A stretch of 58,371 bases of DNA from Clostridia bacterium (GTDB lineage Bacteria > Bacillota > Clostridia > Christensenellales > UBA1242): contig JBNMHN010000001.1 in assembly GCA_050872805.1 (NCBI GenBank), forward strand, positions 1-58,371, written 5' to 3'. The translations under genes were made by a program, and so were the position numbers. The notes beneath the pieces are model-generated. The model worked only from the letters and a program-made list of their open reading frames with translations. It was not told the DNA's origin and ran no database searches. This document shows positions 1 through 7,430 of the stretch, piece after piece. Position 1 is the stretch's first letter; each line of letters begins with the position of its first letter.

Positions 1-2
1 AG

Positions 3-419
3 GCGGCAGACTATTTCCCGTACTGCGAAGAAGTCAGTTGTGACGTTTGGGGTATTCTTATGAGTATGAAGTCGCTCTGCGGAGAACCGGTTTCCATGTG
101 GCTACCCGAAAAATACAAAAAGCCGAATACATCCACCTATGTGCAAGGTGTCGAGGTCGAAACCGACTATGCGGGAATCATTCCGGAAGGACTTGAAACC
201 ATTCATCTGCCCGAAGCAGAATTTCTTATGTTTCAAGGACCGTCTTTCCGCGAAGAAGATTATTGCGAAGCTATCCGCATGGTACAAACGGCAATAGATA
301 GTTACGATCCGTCCGTCATAGGCTACCGCTGGGACGATGAAAATCCGCGCATTCAATTAGAACCTCGCGGACAGCGCGGATACATTGAGCTGAGAGCCGT
401 GCGGAGGATTCAAAAATGA
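3..419 (+). CDS. GyrI-like / effector-binding-domain protein, 5' end cut by the window edge
   Basis: The frame is open from position 3 to the TGA at 417-419. The C-terminal part has small-molecule-binding (GyrI/AraC effector domain) character. Its stop overlaps the next start (ATGA). Confidence 0.45.
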   Translation, partial: AADYFPYCEEVSCDVWGILMSMKSLCGEPVSMWLPEKYKKPNTSTYVQGVEVETDYAGIIPEGLETIHLPEAEFLMFQGPSFREEDYCEAIRMVQTAIDSYDPSVIGYRWDDENPRIQLEPRGQRGYIELRAVRRIQK

Positions 420-670
420 GTGAAGCGATTTTTGTCGAAGGATTAACGAAAAAAGTTATTGAAAAAGTAGACTCGCTTCTTAATAACGCAGGAAAATTCT
501 GCTTATCAATTGATAAAAACCAAAGCGAATATATTGATATGGGCGTCAGAAAACTTCGGGTTTACCCTGATACGGTAGACAATATTACTTCTTTGATCTC
601 AAAAACACAAATGAAAATAGACATGATTCATGAAATTGAGTTTGCTTTCCTGATTTCGTGTCGGAAGTAA
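416..670 (+). CDS. hypothetical small protein (84 aa)
   Basis: The ATG overlaps the upstream stop (ATGA coupling). No family recognised. Confidence 0.4.
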   Translation: MSEAIFVEGLTKKVIEKVDSLLNNAGKFCLSIDKNQSEYIDMGVRKLRVYPDTVDNITSLISKTQMKIDMIHEIEFAFLISCRK

Positions 671-792
671 ATAATATACGAATCAAAGAATTCTTGTCAT
701 CTACCACAATCTCAGTAATGCCCCCAAAATACTTATCGTCCGACACACTCCCGAAAACAGCCCGAAAAACGAGATTTTGTCGTACATACACA

Positions 793-960
793 AAACAACC
801 CGAAAGTCTAGTACTTTCGGGCTTTTTGCTTCTATTCACTTGTTTTGTCCTGCAACTGCGTTTGCGCGACTCGAGATAGGCACGCATTGCGTGAATAATC
901 CTACTCGAGGAGCCAAAACAACCCAGTATCATTTCGGTACTGGGATTTTTGCTTCTATTC
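793..960 (+). repeat. two copies of an approx 47-nt terminator-like element (AAAACAACCC-hairpin-TTTTTGCTTCTATTCA)
   Basis: Segments 793-838 and 914-960 share the flanks AAAACAACCC and TTTTTGCTTCTATTCA. These surround different 7-9 bp hairpins (CCCGAAAGT/ACTTTCGGG and CCCAGTA/TACTGGG). Confidence 0.7.
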
Positions 961-970
961 ATCAGATTGC

Positions 971-999
971 TTTACATCTCAATATTTTTATGCTATACT
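971..999 (+). promoter_or_regulatory. sigma-A type promoter TTTACA-17-TATACT with extended -10 (TGc)
   Basis: TTTACA at 971-976, 17-nt spacer, TG at 991-992, TATACT at 994-999. No CDS follows on the plus strand. Confidence 0.5.
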
Positions 1000-1005
1000 T
1001 ACATT

Positions 1006-1132
1006 GCATCCGTTGGGGTCACAAACGACCAAAGGAACAAGTACGCCTGTAGTTCCCGAGCGGAGTAAGTTAGGGTGCTGAAATATCGGCTGTGAGGCTC
1101 CGCAAGGTGTTGATTTGTTCAGCACCTTTTTT
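1006..1132 (+). ncRNA. candidate orphan small RNA (approx 125 nt) with its own promoter and intrinsic terminator
   Basis: Terminator stem GGTGCTGAA (1074-1082) / TTCAGCACC (1118-1126) plus a T-run at 1127-1132. GCGGAG (1060-1065) can pair with CTCCGC (1098-1103) inside the terminator loop. No ORF is present. Family not recognised. Confidence 0.35.
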
Positions 1133-1139
1133 ATATAAA

Positions 1140-1172
1140 AACCTGCTATTGAATTTTATCAATAACAGGTTT
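1140..1172. terminator. bidirectional hairpin AACCTGCTATTG / CAATAACAGGTT flanked by A and T runs
   Basis: Inverted repeat with flanking AAAA and TTTTT, located between convergent units. Confidence 0.5.
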
Positions 1173-1253
1173 TTCATTTTTTAATCATTGCAATTCGCGG
1201 CGCGCGAACTGTGATACTTCCTAAATAAAAAATGGTTTTCATCTTAAAAATCA

Positions 1254-1856
1254 TTACAATCCGCGGTTGTTTATGTTTGCGCTTTTCACAATTTTTTGCG
1301 CTAGGGCGTCGAGGTCAATTTCAGCGACGCGGACGATAAAGTCCGCAAGTTGCTGCTCACTATAGAGCCACGGCGCGTCTTTGATTGCGCATTTACCGTA
1401 CTTTTCTTCAAGCGCGGAAACTTCGCGATGTTTATTTTTATAGTTTACCTTAAATGCTTTTGTCACAAACTCAAGCGTACAGTCGTAATCGTGGTAAAAA
1501 CACCCTTTGATTTTTCTATCGTGCGTGTCATAATATTTTTGCAGCACGTCAAAATTAATGAAATCATTATAATACAAGAAGTCGGTTACTAAATGCAAAA
1601 AATAGCCCTTATCGTAGTCGGTATTTATCGTATTGCAGGCAAGATATTTCTCAAGATGCGTTTTGTTGCCTAAGTTATCTTTTAGCGGCGTATTTTCGTC
1701 GACTCTGTCGCCATAATGCGTGACGTAACTATTATTCTTTTCCCAACTCAAAACATCGGGCGCGACAGCACCCCAAATAAAGTCGTCCAAATCTTGCACT
1801 TTGTGGCGCTTTGCCCACTCTTGCGCAACCGCGATATGAACTGTCAAATTTGCCAT
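1254..1856 (-). CDS. hypothetical protein, possible metal-dependent hydrolase (phospholipase C-like His/Asp pattern)
   Basis: The internal ATG at 1856 is preceded by AAGGA. The longer ORF-track start (1949) would overlap the amidase gene. The N-terminal H..W..G..PD pattern is only suggestive of function. Confidence 0.6.
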   Translation of the reverse strand: MANLTVHIAVAQEWAKRHKVQDLDDFIWGAVAPDVLSWEKNNSYVTHYGDRVDENTPLKDNLGNKTHLEKYLACNTINTDYDKGYFLHLVTDFLYYNDFINFDVLQKYYDTHDRKIKGCFYHDYDCTLEFVTKAFKVNYKNKHREVSALEEKYGKCAIKDAPWLYSEQQLADFIVRVAEIDLDALAQKIVKSANINNRGL

Positions 1857-1906
1857 TTCTTTCGTCCTTTTCTCATTAGAATTATACAACTTTTCACTAA
1901 GTTTTG

Positions 1907-2590
1907 TCAAGCGACAACTGCAAGTAGCGCCGACGCGATGCAAAGGCAAATCTTTTTTTGATACTCCGTCGTTGTCAAAAGTCGTTCTTCCTCAGGGTTG
2001 GACAAAAACCCGCACTCGACCAAGATTGACGGCTTGTCGATGCACTTGAGCATATACAAGTCACCCGCCTGCGCTTCGGCGCGCGCCGAATCAAGTTGTT
2101 TTTTGAAAATTTCTTGCAGCGTCTCGGCAAAAACTTTCCCTGTGCCCTTTTCGTCGTCATAGAACACTTGCGCGCCGTGAGACGAACTTGCTGAGTACTT
2201 GTTCATATGAATGCTAATCACAGCGTCGGGATTTGTCGCCACAATGATTTCCTTGCGCTTTTTCATATCCTCGCGCTTGAACCCGTTTTTGAACTCACTG
2301 TACAGCCCGTCCTTTGTGCTGCGCGTCATCACGACATTGACGCCGTATTCTTCAAGCACACCCTTTAGCATCTGGCAGTACTTCAAATTAAGGTCGCTCT
2401 CAATTGTTCCGTTCGCGCCAACCGCCCCAACATCAATTCCGCCGTGCCCCGCGTCTAGCACAACCGTCAGCGCCCGCTGCGGAATCGCATTAGATGCCGC
2501 AGTTCCGCCGCGCGCAAAAGCACAGATGCACGCAACAAAAACAAGCACCACCGCACACAAAAAAATAATGTTCCTTTTCATATTCGTCAT
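1907..2590 (-). CDS. cwlD: N-acetylmuramoyl-L-alanine amidase (Amidase_3), CwlD-like germination-specific type
   Basis: Motifs LDAGHGGxDxGA, ISIHMN, GAQVFY and VECGFLSNPEE, plus an N-terminal signal/anchor. Size and layout resemble B. subtilis CwlD. The start at 2590 or 2581 is uncertain. Confidence 0.75.
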   Translation of the reverse strand: MTNMKRNIIFLCAVVLVFVACICAFARGGTAASNAIPQRALTVVLDAGHGGIDVGAVGANGTIESDLNLKYCQMLKGVLEEYGVNVVMTRSTKDGLYSEFKNGFKREDMKKRKEIIVATNPDAVISIHMNKYSASSSHGAQVFYDDEKGTGKVFAETLQEIFKKQLDSARAEAQAGDLYMLKCIDKPSILVECGFLSNPEEERLLTTTEYQKKICLCIASALLAVVA

Positions 2591-2753
2591 ATAGCACCAC
2601 ACCAAAAATTTATGAGTTAACCGCAAATTTTTGCACGATTTATCAATCTATTATATTGCAAAACGCGCCACAATATGAGCCACAAACAGTTTAGAAAATA
2701 TGTTTTATTAAATAAAAATTTTTAGTTAAGCACTTTACGAAAACCCTTGTATT

Positions 2754-2856
2754 TTATGCACAAAACTACACTATTTACACGCAAAATAGCCAAGTTATGC
2801 ACAAAGTTATCCACATTTGTGCAAAAAATGTGGATAACTCGCCTTTTTTACCCACA
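2754..2856. promoter_or_regulatory. DnaA-box cluster (2 perfect and 3 one-mismatch TTATCCACA boxes)
   Basis: TTATGCACA at 2754-2762 and 2795-2803. TTATCCACA at 2807-2815. TGTGGATAA at 2829-2837. TTACCCACA at 2848-2856. All lie in an AT-rich 390-bp intergenic region. Confidence 0.6.
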
Positions 2857-2971
2857 TTTTTTAGAACATATTATCAAACGATTAAAACTAATTTTCAAAG
2901 AAAATTCCACATCTTAAAGTAACAGCCCAACAAATCCAAATATCAAAAATGTTTTGTGCAATCGAACTACA

Positions 2972-3006
2972 TAAAAACCACATAGTGACAATTCTATGTG
3001 TTTTTT
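2972..3006 (-). terminator. intrinsic terminator of the 3017-3316 gene
   Basis: Stem CCACATAG/CTATGTG with flanking T/A runs, immediately downstream of the stop. Confidence 0.6.
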
Positions 3007-3016
3007 ATGTAGCATA

Positions 3017-3316
3017 TCAATTGACAGCAAAAATGATTTCTTTGCCAAGCGATTTTGCATACTCTATCTCTTTTTGAGTCGACGCTCCAATGTATCCGCC
3101 AACATTGACAACAAAAATCGCGTCACAAATGTCAATTTTCTTCCAGTGCGCGTTGACAACTCTATCTAGTTCTTCCACACCAAGTTCCGCTGGATTTAGT
3201 CCGTAAACACATTGAATAACACACCAACCGTGTTTGGTCTCAAGTTCTTTTGTATACTCAATCATTTCTTTTGCAAACTTCATACTGCCGCAAATTGTAA
3301 CTACCTTTGTATCCAT
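3017..3316 (-). CDS. small nucleoside 2-deoxyribosyltransferase-like / DUF4406-like protein
   Basis: ATG at 3316 with GGGAG 8 nt upstream. The ICGSMKF ... GYIGxSTxxEIxYA pattern is typical of this fold. Function tentative. Confidence 0.55.
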   Translation of the reverse strand: MDTKVVTICGSMKFAKEMIEYTKELETKHGWCVIQCVYGLNPAELGVEELDRVVNAHWKKIDICDAIFVVNVGGYIGASTQKEIEYAKSLGKEIIFAVN

Positions 3317-3339
3317 TACACAAACTCCCATTTTTTATA

Positions 3340-3706
3340 AAACAACCTTTCCGCTGCCGCATAGAATGCCCACAAGCGCACCGTCCACAAAAATCACTTA
3401 AAGTAGGAACAATACTCACAGCGGCGGGGCTATCCCCGCAAAAGGTACATAACCAATTAACTATGTACCCAAACCTGTTTAATGCCACTCACCAAACCTG
3501 TAGCGGCGGGGCTATCGCACCCGAGAATAAAAGTGCATAGAACGCACAAAAATGCGCCGTCCTCAAAAATCACTTGCATGTAGGGACAGTACCCACAGTG
3601 GCGGGGCTTTCCCTACTCACCAAGCACATAGAATGCATTCAAGTTTGCCGCCCACGCATGTCACTGACACGTAGGGACAGTACCTGTGGCTGCGCGCCAT
3701 CGCGCC
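3340..3706 (+). repeat. intergenic mosaic repeat locus R1 (three tandem L units plus P and C modules)
   Basis: Three copies of CATAGAAnGC...GCnCCGTCCnC...GTAGGnACAnTAC...GC-hairpin, at approx 3351-3439, 3526-3615 and 3620-3706. Palindrome GGTACATAACCAATTAACTATGTACC at approx 3444-3470. CACTCACCAAACCTGTAGC at 3487-3505. Confidence 0.85.
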
Positions 3707-4425
3707 TAGAAGAGGAGAATTGAACTGATAAGACCGCCAATGAAAGTAATGCCAAAACACATATACGCAAAGCAGCCGCACGGATGAGGCGCTTTCTTGC
3801 AGCACGGCTTCATAAACGCACACTTACCCCAGTCAATGCACCCAAAATCAAGCCCGTTACCCGCCTTTAACTCATTGCACGGGTCGCAGCGGTTCGCCTC
3901 CGCCTCCGCCTTTGCTTCCTCCTCAGAGTTCTTTTGTAGTTTGAACTTGAACTTGTTAAGGTACGCCTTTTTCATATCATACTTGCCGCCATTGTCCTGC
4001 GTCTTTGCGTCCTGCGAACTCCCGCTCACCGACCCGCCGTTTGAGGAAACGCCGCTCACACTTCCGCCACTCGCACCACTTGCGCCAGCAGCGCCACCAG
4101 CCGCATTTGCCTTTCCACCAGCAGCACCCTTTGCACCGCCCGTGCGGCTGCGCGATGCATTGTCGCGCTTCATCTTGTTGACTTCAGCCTTACCATTGCC
4201 CTTGCCGCCACCTTTGCCAAGCGACTTGCCCGCCTCAGACTTGCCGCTGCCCTGCGCCGTACCGCGCAAAGCATCGCGCGCACTCGACGCCGCGTTCATA
4301 GCCGAACCCGCCGATTCTTTCATTTGCTCAGCAGCGCCCCCCACGCTTCCAGCGCTAGGAGAATCGTCGTCTTCCGCATCATATCGCAATGTATCAAAAT
4401 TGTTATACTTATAATCCATTTTCAA
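3706..4425 (-). CDS. Gly/Ala/Ser-rich low-complexity protein with a Cys-rich hydrophobic C-terminus
   Basis: 239-aa ORF, 5 nt downstream of the 4431-5267 gene. Long GGxG/SGxS tracts. The last approx 60 aa contain 11 Cys and a TM-like tail. Confidence 0.6.
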   Translation of the reverse strand: MKMDYKYNNFDTLRYDAEDDDSPSAGSVGGAAEQMKESAGSAMNAASSARDALRGTAQGSGKSEAGKSLGKGGGKGNGKAEVNKMKRDNASRSRTGGAKGAAGGKANAAGGAAGASGASGGSVSGVSSNGGSVSGSSQDAKTQDNGGKYDMKKAYLNKFKFKLQKNSEEEAKAEAEANRCDPCNELKAGNGLDFGCIDWGKCAFMKPCCKKAPHPCGCFAYMCFGITFIGGLISSILLF

Positions 4426-4430
4426 TTCTC

Positions 4431-5267
4431 CTAAGCAGTAACGCTAATAGCGTCGTGAGCAAACATTGTCGTAGCACTTGTGGCAGCGTCAAACGCGTTT
4501 GTCAGCGAAATAAAAATTTTCGCAAACTCAGCAGCAGCATCTTGCGCGCTGAACACCTTGTTCAAAAATGTGTTGCACTTAGCGTTGTATGTTTCATTCA
4601 GTTGGTTCACTTGCATTGACGCGCTCGCAATCTTGTATTGCGCCCTCGCGGTTTCCATCGCAGCAGTTACTGAAATTGAATAATCAATCTTCAAAAACAA
4701 ACTGCTTGGCAACGCCGAACCATATGATTTCATCGACTTTTTCATTGTGGCAGTTGATAATTTCATCACAAGTGTGTGCGTTCCGTCCTCATTCACAACA
4801 AGTGAAATGATTTGAAAGTTGTCAAGCGCCGCGTTTTCTTCTTCATTTGAGTGATAGATAGAGGCAAGCAACAACTGCGCAAAATAAGAATATTCCTTGT
4901 CCGTGAACTCAAGTGCAGATGTCACGCGCGCGTTGTCGTCCTTTTCTAGTGCGTCAATATCAAAGTATCCGTTTTCCAAAAACAATGCCGAACCGTCCGC
5001 AAACGTGATTGCGCCACTGAGTTTGTCCTTAACGGACGCCTTGTCAACATCCGCGTACGTATGCTGATAGAAAGTAGTTTCGTCAAACGATTCATTGAGT
5101 TTCGCCGTGAATTCATCATACTCCGCCTGCGACGAAAAGCCGAGTTCCTGCAAAACTGATGTTTTGAACGAATCGCGTATCAAATTGAACCCCGCAATGC
5201 CGCCCACAACGACAACCACAAGAATTAAAATGAGCGAACCCGCGCAAGTCAAAAAACTTTTTTTCAT
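4431..5267 (-). CDS. membrane-anchored hypothetical protein (N-terminal TM)
   Basis: N-terminus MKKSFLTCAGSLILILVVVVVGGIAG. Tightly packed with its neighbours. No family recognised. Confidence 0.65.
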   Translation of the reverse strand: MKKSFLTCAGSLILILVVVVVGGIAGFNLIRDSFKTSVLQELGFSSQAEYDEFTAKLNESFDETTFYQHTYADVDKASVKDKLSGAITFADGSALFLENGYFDIDALEKDDNARVTSALEFTDKEYSYFAQLLLASIYHSNEEENAALDNFQIISLVVNEDGTHTLVMKLSTATMKKSMKSYGSALPSSLFLKIDYSISVTAAMETARAQYKIASASMQVNQLNETYNAKCNTFLNKVFSAQDAAAEFAKIFISLTNAFDAATSATTMFAHDAISVTA

Positions 5268-5270
5268 CCG

Positions 5271-5363
5271 CTATCTCCAGTACTTGAGAATGATGAACAC
5301 AATCACTCCCACGAAAAGAATTGTCGGTATTAATTTAAACAAACATCCACCTTTGAAAAACAT
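5271..5363 (-). CDS. candidate 30-aa hydrophobic micro-protein (MFFKGGCLFKLIPTILFVGVIVFIILKYWR)
   Basis: Too short for the ORF track. ATG at 5363 with GGAG 5 nt upstream. The stop TAG at 5271-5273 lies 3 nt before the next gene's ATG. Single TM-like segment. Confidence 0.4.
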   Translation of the reverse strand: MFFKGGCLFKLIPTILFVGVIVFIILKYWR

Positions 5364-5381
5364 ACGCACTCCATTAACTTT

Positions 5382-5410
5382 ATTGTACTTGATTTTGAAC
5401 TTTTTGTCAA
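5382..5410 (-). promoter_or_regulatory. sigma-A type promoter TTGACA-17-TACAAT
   Basis: Minus strand: TTGACA (5410-5405), 17-nt spacer, TACAAT (5387-5382). It sits just upstream of the micro-ORF. Confidence 0.5.
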
Positions 5411-5474
5411 GTATCCTACCACAATATCAAAAAGAAGCCGCTTTCGCGACCTCTAAATGCTTAACAATTATTCA

Positions 5475-6263
5475 TTATGCAGTTTTACCTATATTTGCAA
5501 TTGTAGTACCCCAAGCGGCTGTGTAACTTACTTTCACAGTGTTATTTTGATATTTATTCAAAAGCCCTGCAGATGTTGCGCTAGATGCATTGAACCCATT
5601 TGTTGCGTCACTCGCTTCGCCAGTAATTTGCATATTAATTGATACTATTTTGTCATCAGTTGCATTTTTACCTGTAAAAGCAAGTGTTGCTTTATTGCTG
5701 TCAGAAAGCTCTGTTCCAATAGCTGCACTTGAAAGATAAACTGCCTTTTCAGAAGCAACTGCTCTCCAATAAAGAGCCTTATTTGCAGTTTCAGCCCCGT
5801 TCGCTCCAGCGGATTGCTGTAGCGCTATCGTCATCAAACTTGACGAGTTGCCTGAACCGATTTTTGCGACTATTTCAATCGTTTTGTTAGTCGAGTTTTC
5901 AGTAATACTATCCACACTATAATCAGTTCCCTCAATGTTAACTGTTGTAAAAGTCAATTTTACATACACTCCCCCCATTCCTGCAGTAGCGCCTGTAGTA
6001 CCATCGTCCCTAGTCTTGTATGTATTTTTCAATGCGACAGTATTTGTATTTGCAGAATGCCCCGGATAAATTTTTTCGGTTGTTGCTGAACCCATATCGA
6101 CTTGAAAATCGTAATCGGCAAGGTCAAAAGTGATTGTACCTGTAGCGGTCTTTTTTGCGCTGAGGTCGCCAAGGGTTGTGGCAAGTACAAGCGCGATGCA
6201 CAAAACAAAAACTACGGCAAGGGTTATGATACCCTTTATTCCTTTATTAGACTTAGTTTCCAT
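5475..6263 (-). CDS. secreted/anchored hypothetical protein, possibly TasA/camelysin-like
   Basis: N-terminal signal-anchor, then Thr/Ser/Asn/Gly-rich beta-type sequence. RBS GGGGAG. Resemblance to SipW-type matrix proteins is weak. Confidence 0.65.
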   Translation of the reverse strand: METKSNKGIKGIITLAVVFVLCIALVLATTLGDLSAKKTATGTITFDLADYDFQVDMGSATTEKIYPGHSANTNTVALKNTYKTRDDGTTGATAGMGGVYVKLTFTTVNIEGTDYSVDSITENSTNKTIEIVAKIGSGNSSSLMTIALQQSAGANGAETANKALYWRAVASEKAVYLSSAAIGTELSDSNKATLAFTGKNATDDKIVSINMQITGEASDATNGFNASSATSAGLLNKYQNNTVKVSYTAAWGTTIANIGKTA

Positions 6264-6300
6264 AACTACACTCCCCTAACTTTCGTTATTCTTTAACAAT

Positions 6301-6329
6301 ATTTTACACAAATTGACAAAATAAGTCAA
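6301..6329 (-). promoter_or_regulatory. sigma-A type promoter TTGACT-17-TAAAAT
   Basis: Minus strand: TTGACT (6329-6324), 17-nt spacer, TAAAAT (6306-6301). It lies upstream of the 5475-6263 gene. Confidence 0.45.
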
Positions 6330-6401
6330 ACAAAATTCACACCTTTTTTATTATTTGTAGTTTTTGGGCAAATATTCCTCTTTATATGGAATACTTTTCC
6401 C

Positions 6402-7430
6402 TTATTTTATGGCGGCGAGGATGCGGAGTTTCAAATCAAGGAGTTTTGTTTCAAAGGCGGATGTATAAGCGGTTTCGATTGACAGGCAGCGGCTTTCGTA
6501 GTCGTCGATTAATGCGTTTAGCGCGACAACGCCGTTTGCGTCAAATGTCAAGTCCTTTAATATATTGTCGTAGCGGACGTTTGCGAGCGCGACGTATTTT
6601 TCAAGCACGGAGCGCAGTTCGTCCGTTTGTCCGTTGTTGTAGACCAAGAGGTTATATTTGATTGAGCGCAGCAAGTCGAGTACCTTTTCGCAATCCGCCA
6701 AATTTTGGTCACTTTTCAAGTTTAAATCGAGTTCGGCGCGGTAGCCGTTGATTTGCGCGGCAATTGTTTTGCTGAAGTTCATTAGTTCGGCTTCGTCGTA
6801 ATTTGCGTACATTGCAATCAGTTTATCGACGCTTTTGTTTTCGACTTTACCTTTCGCGACGTCGCATTTATTTGCGACGGCTTTGACTAGGTCGTTTTTG
6901 TTTGAAAAACTTGTTGTCAGTTGAAAATCTTTGCCGAGCGTATCTATGACTGACGATTCGTGAATATTTTTTGCTTTGCCGCCGATTTGCGTTGTATCCA
7001 CCATTGATATACAGACGGGGTCGCCTTTAGAAATTAGCCCCAGTGCTTCGGCGTCGCGGACGACTGCTTTAATGGCGGTTGCGACGGAGTCGCCACAATA
7101 GTCGATTCCGAGCAGCAAAACTTGCGCTTCTTTATTGAGTGCGCGCTGCTTGATGACGGTGTCATTTTTTGCGACAAATTCGACTTTGGGGTTCATTTCG
7201 ACAAGCACGTACGCTTCTTGCCCTTTTGGCAGTGCGAACACTATACTTGAGCACACGACTGCAAGCAAGAGGCACGCAAACACGGGCAGCGCAAACATAC
7301 GAAGCGTTTTGCGTGGTTTTGGTTGCTGCGCTGCGGTTTCGATGCCGCATTCTTTACGGATGTTGTTCAAGACAACTTGATTGGGCGCAATGCTGTTGAT
7401 TCCCTTTTTTAGTCTACGCTTAAAGCTCAT
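6402..7430 (-). CDS. putative anti-sigma factor / single-pass membrane protein
   Basis: Overlaps the upstream ECF sigma gene by 11 nt. Short cytoplasmic N-terminus, one TM (FALPVFACLLLAVVCSSIVFAL) and a large extracytoplasmic domain. Confidence 0.6.
   Translation of the reverse strand: MSFKRRLKKGINSIAPNQVVLNNIRKECGIETAAQQPKPRKTLRMFALPVFACLLLAVVCSSIVFALPKGQEAYVLVEMNPKVEFVAKNDTVIKQRALNKEAQVLLLGIDYCGDSVATAIKAVVRDAEALGLISKGDPVCISMVDTTQIGGKAKNIHESSVIDTLGKDFQLTTSFSNKNDLVKAVANKCDVAKGKVENKSVDKLIAMYANYDEAELMNFSKTIAAQINGYRAELDLNLKSDQNLADCEKVLDLLRSIKYNLLVYNNGQTDELRSVLEKYVALANVRYDNILKDLTFDANGVVALNALIDDYESRCLSIETAYTSAFETKLLDLKLRILAAIK

Noticed and set aside
585-962. 125-aa minus-strand ORF
   Set aside because: It spans two terminator-like hairpins and overlaps the end of the plus-strand 416-670 gene. 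It has no RBS and odd composition, so it is likely non-coding.
2627-3016. Calling this AT-rich DnaA-box region the chromosomal origin (oriC)
   Set aside because: No dnaA, dnaN or rpmH lies nearby, and there is no obvious switch of gene-strand bias in the window. Without whole-genome GC skew the region is better described as a DnaA-box cluster.
3797-4414. 205-aa plus-strand ORF antisense to the Gly/Ala/Ser-rich gene
   Set aside because: It is a Pro/Ala/Leu-rich mirror frame of a GC-rich low-complexity gene, with no RBS and no sensible context. The minus-strand frame is translationally packed with its neighbours.
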